DNA from: Alphaproteobacteria bacterium
GTDB taxonomy: Bacteria > Pseudomonadota > Alphaproteobacteria > UBA9219
Assembly: GCA_028692635.1 (NCBI GenBank)
Contig: JAQUWX010000004.1
Span: 1-57,911, forward strand
DNA length: 57,911 nucleotides
Direction: 5' to 3'
Positions 19,629 through 26,962 of the stretch are shown here, piece after piece (position 1 is the stretch's first letter; the number at the start of each line of letters is the position of its first letter). The position numbers were made by a program, and so were the translations under genes. The notes below the pieces were generated by a model that saw only the letters and a program-made list of their open reading frames with translations, was not told the DNA's origin and ran no database searches.

Positions 19629-21002
19629 ATGTTTATATTTGGAGATCACATGACGCTTCTTGATATTAAGAACATCCCTCAACAAACTGATGAGCTCTGC
19701 CTATTTATCAATGAACTAGAGGCGGATAAACATTTGGCTCCTTATGAGATTGCTGTTCAAACGGCGTGGGTAAGGGGGCTTGCTCGCGCAAATTTATTCA
19801 GCGATATAGAATGTAGGGCCATTATAACTTCATTTGACGAGGCTCTAGAGCTTTTGAAAACAGATAACTTCTCTTGGAATATTCGAGATGAAGATATGCA
19901 TATACACCTTGAAAAATTTATAACAGAAAGAAACGGTGATCTTGGAAAAAGGATGCACGTAGGTAGATCGCGAAATGATCTTGTGGCAACAACATTGCGG
20001 CTATACGTTAGTAATTCTTGCATAAAGTATTATAGAAAGCTCTCTCAATTTGTTGCGGCGCTCACTGATAAAGCGGAGCAATCATTGCCAATAATTGTGC
20101 CTGGTACAACGCATTTACAGCACGGACAGCCCGTGTATTTTGCCCATATCCTTCTTGCACATGCTGAAGCATTTATGCGTGACATGAAGCGTTTGTGCGA
20201 GATAAAAGAGGAAGCAATGAGCGTTATGCCATTAGGCGCCAGCGCAATGGCAGGCACGACTCTTTCCATAGACCTTGTTGCCATTGCAAATGAGCTTGGC
20301 TTTAAAAGTCCATGCCGCAACTCATATGATGCTGTTGGCGACAGGGATTTTATTCTTTGCCTATTAGATGCTTTTGCAAAAATTGCCCTACATTTATCAC
20401 GATTGTCCGAAGATATTGTTTATTGGGCTTCAACCCCTGTTCAGCTTATTGAGCTACCTCCAGCTTGGTCAACCGGCAGCTCAATCATGCCCAATAAAAG
20501 AAATCCAGAGATTGCCGAACTAACCCGCGGTCGCTCAGCTCATATTATTGCCGCCCAAACTAATGGATATATGCTTATGCGAACTGCTCCGACTAGTTAC
20601 AGTGGTGAAATGCAAGAGATTAAAGGCATTGTATTGCGCGCACAAAAAAATCTAGATGAGTGCTTTATGGTTTGGCCATCTTTTATTAAGGAAATGCACA
20701 TAAATGAACGCTCAGCAAAGCATCTTCTTGGACTAGGACATATTCTTGCTACGGAAATAGCTGACGCGCTGACATTAAATGGGATTCCTTTTAGAGAAGC
20801 TTATGCAAAAGTCAAAGGCATGGTGGTATTGGCGGATGAAAGGGGATGCCAGGTGCAAGATATTTGGGAGGCAGATAGAGTGGAAATCATCTCAATAGAA
20901 AATGCTGTTGAAAAATGCCGTCAACACGGCGGAACGGCAAAAGTAAATATTCTTTCTGCTCTTCAGCGCAATCGCAAAGAAATTGCTCAACAGATAATAT
21001 AA
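19629..21002 (+). CDS. argH: Argininosuccinate lyase (fumarate-lyase superfamily)
   Basis: GRSRNDLVAT, PGTTHLQHGQP and the signature GSSIMPNKRNPEIAEL. The start may be the ATG at 19650 (GGAGA upstream). Confidence 0.9.
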   Translation: MFIFGDHMTLLDIKNIPQQTDELCLFINELEADKHLAPYEIAVQTAWVRGLARANLFSDIECRAIITSFDEALELLKTDNFSWNIRDEDMHIHLEKFITERNGDLGKRMHVGRSRNDLVATTLRLYVSNSCIKYYRKLSQFVAALTDKAEQSLPIIVPGTTHLQHGQPVYFAHILLAHAEAFMRDMKRLCEIKEEAMSVMPLGASAMAGTTLSIDLVAIANELGFKSPCRNSYDAVGDRDFILCLLDAFAKIALHLSRLSEDIVYWASTPVQLIELPPAWSTGSSIMPNKRNPEIAELTRGRSAHIIAAQTNGYMLMRTAPTSYSGEMQEIKGIVLRAQKNLDECFMVWPSFIKEMHINERSAKHLLGLGHILATEIADALTLNGIPFREAYAKVKGMVVLADERGCQVQDIWEADRVEIISIENAVEKCRQHGGTAKVNILSALQRNRKEIAQQII

Positions 21003-21004
21003 AC

Positions 21005-21694
21005 TTAAGCTATTTTCGTTTTATTCTCAATCGTCGTTATTGTGTGTGTCGCTTTATCCCACAGTGATACAAAGTGTTGGCGAGCGGCTAACGCCATCTT
21101 GGGAGACTCAATGACAACCAACTTACAAAAAGGCTCTCCATTTGGAGTTGCGATCCCATATTTTTCTCCATATCCACAAAAAGGGACGGGGTCCATGAAC
21201 GACCTTGATATAATCCGAAACTGAAATCGTGGAGTGGAAAATGGCACTTCAACTTCATTAGTAATAAGACATTTAACGATAACCGTTTTGTTAAGATCAA
21301 CCAGACAATCAAGCCCCAGAATATTCGGTAAACCACAATATTTTGCAAACGCCTCAGCTGTAGGTGTTACAATCAACACATCTCCACCGTATTTTTGTAC
21401 GGTTTGTTTCATGTCCTCGAAAAAATCTTTACCTCCACGTCCACCTTCAAAGATGAAGATGCCGCTTGGTCGCCTTCGAACACCATCAGATTCCAAAAAT
21501 TCTATACCCGCTGATTCAAAACATTGCCATATGATATTTGTAGTTGCGCTGCGGGGGGATATATATCCTGTTTCTAATCGTCTGATAGTCGCAACCGAAA
21601 TATCCGTAACTTTAGCCAAATCTCTTTGTGACCAATCCAATAAAGCCCGCGCCGCTTTAATTTGTCTTGCGTTTATGCTGTCTGCCTGCTTCAT
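21005..21694 (-). CDS. XRE-family HTH regulator with ~150-aa C-terminal domain (paralog 1)
   Basis: The N-terminus ...ARQIKAARALLDWSQRDLAKVTDISVATIRRLE is an HTH_XRE pattern. It is paralogous to 22672-23334 and 24149-24793. Confidence 0.8.
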   Translation of the reverse strand: MKQADSINARQIKAARALLDWSQRDLAKVTDISVATIRRLETGYISPRSATTNIIWQCFESAGIEFLESDGVRRRPSGIFIFEGGRGGKDFFEDMKQTVQKYGGDVLIVTPTAEAFAKYCGLPNILGLDCLVDLNKTVIVKCLITNEVEVPFSTPRFQFRIISRSFMDPVPFCGYGEKYGIATPNGEPFCKLVVIESPKMALAARQHFVSLWDKATHTITTIENKTKIA

Positions 21695-21779
21695 ATTGCC
21701 CTCTTAAAACAGAGTTCCTAAAGCATCTGTCTTGCCTTCATATACACGTTTTTAGCTGGAGAGTGTTCGAGTCAACCAT

Positions 21780-21983
21780 TTATGCCTCCATCTCGATTTC
21801 AGCGAAAAACATGGCGACAGGCATGAGAGTATTGACTTCTTCACTAGAGAAATTATGAGTACGAAGGTCTGTTCGTACGCACTTTCCCTTCGCGCTCACA
21901 ATTGACGCGATGGCGTTGGTCATATTCTGATAAGGAGCGAAGTTCTTCTCTGGATTTTCGGAGAGAATATCCACAATAATCAT
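21780..21983 (-). CDS. Hypothetical 67-aa protein
   Basis: The start overlaps the stop of the upstream 137-aa ORF by 4 nt (ATGA coupling). No recognisable motif. Confidence 0.45.
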   Translation of the reverse strand: MIIVDILSENPEKNFAPYQNMTNAIASIVSAKGKCVRTDLRTHNFSSEEVNTLMPVAMFFAEIEMEA

Positions 21984-22393
21984 GCCGCTGCTCCTTCTTC
22001 ATCAATTTCAACATCAATCAATTGCAAAATTAGATCAGAGAGCGTCTCCGCAGAGAAACTCTGGCGGGCCTTGTTTTGAATGCGCTCTTCAAGCCGTTGA
22101 TGGATTTTTAGAAGTGTCTGGCGATCTTCCGGCAATGTGGCCTCGCCTTTGTCTCGCAATGTCGCCTTAAAATTGTCGATCAAACCATCCACTTGATTGT
22201 CAGTAAGGTCATCGCTAAAACAGTCTTTCGCATCTCCGATATTGCTTGATTGCGAATTGAGGCAGAATTCTTCTATAAGCCACGCTATCCCTCGTGCGCG
22301 TTTTGCGCTGTCATTTTGATCAATCTCCCCGCGCATCAGAACGGCCATAAAACCGAGGGCGGTGAAAATGAGTTGTTGATCTGTGCGTGTCAT
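21980..22393 (-). CDS. Hypothetical 137-aa acidic protein
   Basis: Clean ORF. I counted 26 D/E versus 15 K/R. The C-terminal tail is acidic (DVEIDEEGAAA). No recognisable motif. Confidence 0.55.
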   Translation of the reverse strand: MTRTDQQLIFTALGFMAVLMRGEIDQNDSAKRARGIAWLIEEFCLNSQSSNIGDAKDCFSDDLTDNQVDGLIDNFKATLRDKGEATLPEDRQTLLKIHQRLEERIQNKARQSFSAETLSDLILQLIDVEIDEEGAAA

Positions 22394-22468
22394 AAAACCT
22401 CGCCGACTATTTTTGATAAATCTATAAGCGCGGATTCAACCACAACAAACAACAACTCATTCTGTTGC

Positions 22469-22555
22469 TTTTCACCATTCTTACTGGCCATTTTCGCCGG
22501 TTCTATATCTGTTTAGTGGGAGTTGGTGGTTTTCGCCATTCTTATTGGCGATTTT
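22469..22555. repeat. Two 26-nt direct repeats (23/26 identical) 61 bp apart in the promoter region of the 137-aa ORF
   Basis: 22469-22494 reads ttttcaccattcttactggccatttt and 22530-22555 reads ttttcgccattcttattggcgatttt. The second contains the inverted repeat CGCCA-N7-TGGCG. Confidence 0.6.
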
Positions 22556-22601
22556 GTTTTGATGAGCTTCTGATAGTTTATTCTGCCGCAAAGAAACGCA
22601 C

Positions 22602-22627
22602 AAAAAAATGCGGCCCGAAGACCGCAT
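22602..22627 (-). terminator. Rho-independent terminator downstream of XRE paralog 2
   Basis: The - strand reads ATGCGGtcttcgggCCGCAT followed by TTTTTTT. It lies 45 nt after the stop at 22672. Confidence 0.8.
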
Positions 22628-22671
22628 TATAGTTTTAGAAGGAAAAATTTAAACTTGTTGATGGCAATTCG

Positions 22672-23334
22672 TCATGATTTTATCGAGGAACTTTTTAAAG
22701 TCGTATTATTCCACAATGTCAGAAAATGCGTACGAAAAGAGTAAGCCAAACTTGGCGACTGAAGAACCACGAACCTGTAATAATCTCGGCCATGAGACAT
22801 AACCAACGCATATTTATTGCCATAAACATAGTATTGTGACGGCCCCACAGGTTCTAAATTAGTTTGTCTGAATTCAACCATGGGGAGGGCGGGTTCTTTG
22901 TTCTCTGTATTTGGAACCAAGCATTTAATCTTGGCAAAGTTGCTTAATTTTTTGAGCCGCTCTATGCCATCTTTTTCCGCAATATCACAGGACTTGGTAA
23001 AAACTTCATATGAAGAAACACAAGCAAGAATCTCAGCGCCATCGGCTCGAATGGTTTGCATAATATCATTAAAGAATTCCCGGCAACTGTTAGGCTCATA
23101 AAGAATCTTAATCTCGTCAACACAACGCCGGACGCCTTCTCGCTCCGTAAATTCTACGCCGCCATTCTCAAAAACAGCCCGTATAATTTCTGCCGTTTTT
23201 CCGCGAGGAACAAAACCGTCCTCAAAATTACGAATGGTGGTGACTCCTAATCCGGTGCGTTCCGCTAAATCTCCCTGAGACCAGTCGAGAATTGCCCTTG
23301 CAGCTCTTATCTGCGTTCCGTGAATCTGTTGCAT
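22672..23334 (-). CDS. XRE-family HTH regulator with C-terminal domain (paralog 2)
   Basis: MQQIHGTQIRAARAILDWSQGDLAERTGLGVTTIRNFE, with the same architecture as paralogs 1 and 3. Confidence 0.8.
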   Translation of the reverse strand: MQQIHGTQIRAARAILDWSQGDLAERTGLGVTTIRNFEDGFVPRGKTAEIIRAVFENGGVEFTEREGVRRCVDEIKILYEPNSCREFFNDIMQTIRADGAEILACVSSYEVFTKSCDIAEKDGIERLKKLSNFAKIKCLVPNTENKEPALPMVEFRQTNLEPVGPSQYYVYGNKYALVMSHGRDYYRFVVLQSPSLAYSFRTHFLTLWNNTTLKSSSIKS

Positions 23335-23364
23335 TTTATATACTCTTTTATTGAGTCAATATTA

Positions 23365-23715
23365 TTAGTGCATAAAATCCTTGGGCTCTAAATCAATCAA
23401 ATAGCGGATAACATCTTCATAGTCTTGGCTGCATATTTCTATAATATTTTTAACTGCAAAACGCCGCTCAACGAATGAGCAAACGACATCTTCATTGACA
23501 TGCTTGTCATAGGCCACATACGCTATCAAAGCGCGAATGGATTTCCATTCATTTTCGTTGAGAGGTTCTTCCACATGTAAAGCGGCTAGTTCAGAAGACA
23601 AAGTATTAAGGTGGGGCCAAAAAATAGTATCTGTTGAATAGGTGGATTGTGCTGGCTCGCTACGCTCTACCTCAATAGGGGCAAACTCTGAAATTGTTTC
23701 TTGCGATGTGCTCAT
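23365..23715 (-). CDS. Hypothetical 116-aa acidic protein
   Basis: ATG at 23715 with GAGG upstream. I counted 22 D/E versus 9 K/R. It lies 30 nt upstream of XRE paralog 2. Confidence 0.5.
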   Translation of the reverse strand: MSTSQETISEFAPIEVERSEPAQSTYSTDTIFWPHLNTLSSELAALHVEEPLNENEWKSIRALIAYVAYDKHVNEDVVCSFVERRFAVKNIIEICSQDYEDVIRYLIDLEPKDFMH

Positions 23716-23744
23716 AATAAATGCCTCGCCTAAAAATTGAATAA

Positions 23745-23915
23745 TTATGCAGCCATCGCTATCGGAGCTGTAGCTTGCAAAAAGGCCATCCATCGATCCT
23801 CGAAAGGAACCATGCCGTTATTCCGGATTCCGCGAGAGCGCTCCCAGTTTTCTATAATAGGCAACACTCCGATTTCGCCGTGACGATCTAAAAAGGCTTT
23901 TTCAAATTCGCTCAT
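23745..23915 (-). CDS. Hypothetical 56-aa protein
   Basis: ATG at 23915 with AAGGA 9 nt upstream. Possibly the first gene of the cassette. Short, so uncertain. Confidence 0.35.
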   Translation of the reverse strand: MSEFEKAFLDRHGEIGVLPIIENWERSRGIRNNGMVPFEDRWMAFLQATAPIAMAA

Positions 23916-24053
23916 TTCTAATGTCCTTTTGCTCGCAATGATTGAAAAAATTATTAAAACCAATTTAAAATGTGCTTTATTACAAGAATGAACATAACAT
24001 TGACACAAACTTGGTGTCAATGTATTTTTATATTGGTTTCATACACGAAAGTT

Positions 24054-24084
24054 TTGACTCTTGGTTCAAAACATATTATATGAT
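24054..24084 (+). promoter_or_regulatory. Candidate sigma70 promoter for XRE paralog 3: TTGACT-N17-TATATG, or N19-TATGAT
   Basis: TTGACT at 24054-24059, and tatatgat at 24077-24084. Confidence 0.4.
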
Positions 24085-24091
24085 GGATTAT

Positions 24092-24127
24092 TACCAATAA
24101 AAGGTAAGTTCTTACCCATTATTGGTA
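24092..24127. promoter_or_regulatory. 36-bp imperfect palindrome: TACCAATAAaaGGTAAG-tt-CTTACCcaTTATTGGTA
   Basis: Arms of 8+6 bp are interrupted by a 2-nt mismatch. It sits between the candidate promoter and the ATG at 24149. Confidence 0.55.
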
Positions 24128-24148
24128 TTCAGATCGACAGGAGCCTAC

Positions 24149-24793
24149 ATGATTGATGCCGACCAACTACGAGCTGCACGCGCCCTACTTGATTGGAAAA
24201 CTTCAGATTTGGCCAAAAAATCAGGAATTACCGTCAACGCAATCAACAATATAGAGCGCGGCGTTGCCCAGGGACGGCGCGATACGATGGAAAAGCTTCA
24301 AACTGCTCTTGAGGACGCCGGACTCGAATTTCTTCCGGATTCTGGTCTGAGAAAGAAAAACCGCATTATTGTGACGTATGAAGGAACTGGCGCGAATAAA
24401 CTGCTGGTTGAAGATTTATACAATACACTCAAAAACACTGGCGGAGAGATTTTGATAGCGCACTTGGACGAAGGGGATTCTATTAGAAACTTGGAACTGG
24501 ACTGGTTGCGCGAACAGATTATCAAGCGCAAGGAAGCCAACATAACACATAGACTATTAGTAAAATCCGATGATACAAATCTTATTCCTCCCCTTGATAC
24601 ATATCGCTGTATACCAAAAGAATTTTTTTCCCCATACCCCCTCTATATATACGGCTCCAAATTAGCCTTGGTATCATGGGAGCCCTCGCCTCGCGTTATC
24701 ATTATTGATGATGCCCGTTTTGCTGAAAGCGAAAGAAAACTTTTTAATATCATCTGGGCTAATGCAAAGGAATTGCCACACAAGGATAAATAA
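24149..24793 (+). CDS. XRE-family HTH regulator with C-terminal domain (paralog 3)
   Basis: MIDADQLRAARALLDWKTSDLAKKSGITVNAINNIE. AGGAG lies upstream of the ATG at 24149. The track start at 24122 is TTG inside the palindrome. Confidence 0.8.
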   Translation: MIDADQLRAARALLDWKTSDLAKKSGITVNAINNIERGVAQGRRDTMEKLQTALEDAGLEFLPDSGLRKKNRIIVTYEGTGANKLLVEDLYNTLKNTGGEILIAHLDEGDSIRNLELDWLREQIIKRKEANITHRLLVKSDDTNLIPPLDTYRCIPKEFFSPYPLYIYGSKLALVSWEPSPRVIIIDDARFAESERKLFNIIWANAKELPHKDK

Positions 24794-24797
24794 AAAT

Positions 24798-25832
24798 ATG
24801 TTTTCGGACTATATAGCAGAATTGGATTTTGATGAACTGATTGAACAACAAAGTTCAGTCACGCGCATTACAGATAAAAATTTTTATAAATTTATTACAG
24901 CTCTTTCTAAGGAGGAAGACCGTGATAGCTATGCTGTATCCGCGGCATATTATGCATTTACCGGGCGACGCGGCCTATGGATATATCAATATGAAGGCAC
25001 CTATATCCCCTTTTGTTGGCATCCGAATGTTGCTGGCCAGATTTTGGTTTTTCCTCCGCGTGGAGAGAAAGACTTTGCAGCAATAGAGCATCTTATCAAG
25101 GTGTTGCCCGAGTCTGCAGATAAACTTCTTTTGGCTAGATTCAAGTCAGAGGATATCCTGCGCTTGAAGATACAGAAAAGCTTTTGCCAACAACTAACGT
25201 TTGCCCCAATAGAAGAGACGGTGCTTGATTGGCAATATCCTGTTCGCATTTTATCCACAGAAAAAATTGTTAAGGTTCAGGGGCATGGCTATATGCAAAT
25301 TCGCAATCATTTGCGTCAAGCACAGAAACGTTCGATTCATGTAAACACTCTATCAATAAGTCATCTCCCTGCAATTAAAGAGCTGGCCTTTCGCTGGGCA
25401 AAAATTAGATCAGATGACAAAAATGAGCTTATCGATTTGACCACCCCCTATACTCAAATTTTGCACTTGTTTAAGCAACGAAATATCAACCTTAGCGGAC
25501 TCGTGTTTATTATTGATGACAAAATAGAGGCCGTTACGCTTTGGGATGTATCAAATGTTCATACTCCAACAGCCAATATTTTTATGAATCTTTGCAATAC
25601 CGTTATAAAAGGACTTTCCGAATTTGCTATTAAGACAACTGCTGAAGAGCTTCAATCTTTGAGCATTCCTTTTATGAATCTTGGGGGATCGGAAACTGCC
25701 GGACTTGATAGCTATAAAAAGAAATTTATTCCCGCATATAGTCTTGATCTATACTCTGTAAAACCGCGCATCAAAGTTGTTGAGCAAATTATTAAACAAG
25801 TTAAATACCGCAAAGAACTTTGGGCTGCATAA
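24798..25832 (+). CDS. DUF2156 / MprF C-terminal-domain-like (aminoacyl-tRNA-dependent transferase fold) protein
   Basis: The pattern ...LDWQYPVRILSTEKIVKVQGHGYMQIRNHLRQ... and ...MNLGGSETAGLDSYKKKFIPAY resembles the DYxY...G...kRn and GLxxFKxKFxP blocks of that family. Starts 4 nt after the XRE-3 stop. Confidence 0.6.
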   Translation: MFSDYIAELDFDELIEQQSSVTRITDKNFYKFITALSKEEDRDSYAVSAAYYAFTGRRGLWIYQYEGTYIPFCWHPNVAGQILVFPPRGEKDFAAIEHLIKVLPESADKLLLARFKSEDILRLKIQKSFCQQLTFAPIEETVLDWQYPVRILSTEKIVKVQGHGYMQIRNHLRQAQKRSIHVNTLSISHLPAIKELAFRWAKIRSDDKNELIDLTTPYTQILHLFKQRNINLSGLVFIIDDKIEAVTLWDVSNVHTPTANIFMNLCNTVIKGLSEFAIKTTAEELQSLSIPFMNLGGSETAGLDSYKKKFIPAYSLDLYSVKPRIKVVEQIIKQVKYRKELWAA

Positions 25833-26278
25833 TGCATAAATTAAACAAATCTCAATTAAAGGTTGGCAAAATTATCGAGCCAAAGGGATTTCCTTCTGGT
25901 CATATTGTTACCGTTGAAAAATGCTCCCTTGAGAGCTTTATTGATGGTAAAAAGAAAAAGCGCTGGCCGTGTTGGACTGTAAGAACAGGTGCGCCGCGCC
26001 CACTACACAAATATTTGATTGTTGATCTCGGAAAAGACGGCATAATCTTATGGAAAAAATCAAAGCTGAAATTTGCTCCTAAGGGAGCCAAGCTTTGGGT
26101 TGAGCGCAGCGGCCTTGAGGAGATGGAAAACATCACCGGCTCTGGCCCCAAAAGCTACATTTATTCAATGTTGGTTTATATTCTGGACCCAAAATCAAAA
26201 AGCCCCAGCAAGTTCTATTGCATCGAACGCCTGCGCAATGACCGCATTTTTCGATACGAGGGTTTTCTAATAGGCTAA
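25832..26278 (+). CDS. Hypothetical 148-aa lysine-rich protein
   Basis: The ATG overlaps the upstream TAA (TAATG), which suggests translational coupling. No recognisable motif. Confidence 0.5.
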   Translation: MHKLNKSQLKVGKIIEPKGFPSGHIVTVEKCSLESFIDGKKKKRWPCWTVRTGAPRPLHKYLIVDLGKDGIILWKKSKLKFAPKGAKLWVERSGLEEMENITGSGPKSYIYSMLVYILDPKSKSPSKFYCIERLRNDRIFRYEGFLIG

Positions 26279-26332
26279 TTTGAACCTTCGGTTAAAATCT
26301 CAAAAGTGGATTCAAATTAGCTCATACATTAA

Positions 26333-26566
26333 CTATTTTCCTGTTTTTGCCAGAAGCTCGCTCAAACGGCAATCGAGGGCGGCGGATAGTTTTAAGCAAA
26401 CGAGGAAAGTTGGGTTTCTGCGGCGGTTTTCTATGTGGGAAATGGCGGTTCGGTGCAGACCTGCTAAAGCGGCCAGCTTTTCATGAGATAAGCCAAGCTC
26501 TTTGCGCCGCGCAATAAAGGCGTCGATCACCTTGTTCTGAATCTGAATTGCAAGTTTCTCTTTCAT
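26333..26566 (-). CDS. Small Cro/C1-type (XRE) HTH protein, 77 aa
   Basis: The segment LGLSHEKLAALAGLHRTAISHIENRRRNPT is a classic HTH_3 pattern. ATG at 26566. Confidence 0.8.
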   Translation of the reverse strand: MKEKLAIQIQNKVIDAFIARRKELGLSHEKLAALAGLHRTAISHIENRRRNPTFLVCLKLSAALDCRLSELLAKTGK

Positions 26567-26598
26567 GCTAAAAAACTTGCATAAGGCCAGATTCAATT

Positions 26599-26620
26599 AT
26601 ACGTTACTATAGTAACGTAT
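26599..26620. promoter_or_regulatory. Perfect 22-bp palindrome: ATACGTTACTA|TAGTAACGTAT
   Basis: Read directly. It is centred 43 nt from the HTH ATG (26566) and 42 nt from the divergent small-ORF ATG (26652). Confidence 0.7.
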
Positions 26621-26651
26621 TGGTTTGGGCTTGTGGCGAAGGAGAAAACGC

Positions 26652-26840
26652 ATGGAGTGCACCACTTTTCTTGATTGGTTTTTGAATTGGAAAACTACGC
26701 TCTTTCTGGCTTCTGGTTGCTTTGGGCTGGCCGTGGGTGGCTTTGGTATTAGCCTTCACCGTGATATTACAATCCTTCGCCAACAGGTAGCGCGGATGGC
26801 TGTGGGAATAGATGCGGTTATTCAAAAGTTTGAAAAATAG
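26652..26840 (+). CDS. Hypothetical 62-aa single-pass membrane peptide
   Basis: AAGGAG 8 nt upstream of the ATG. Contains the hydrophobic stretch TTLFLASGCFGLAVGGFGISL. Confidence 0.45.
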   Translation: MECTTFLDWFLNWKTTLFLASGCFGLAVGGFGISLHRDITILRQQVARMAVGIDAVIQKFEK

Positions 26841-26914
26841 TAGGGTATCTTGAGATATGAGAATCCCTGTAAATACCTGCTTGTTCCCCGATGTTTATTA
26901 CCTAAAATTTACCC

Positions 26915-26944
26915 AAAAATAAGAAAAGCCGCACGATGGCGGCT
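26915..26944 (-). terminator. Rho-independent terminator after tRNA-Glu
   Basis: The - strand reads AGCCGCcatcgtGCGGCT followed by TTTTCTTATTTTT. Confidence 0.7.
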
Positions 26945-26962
26945 GTAACTTATTGAAACCGT

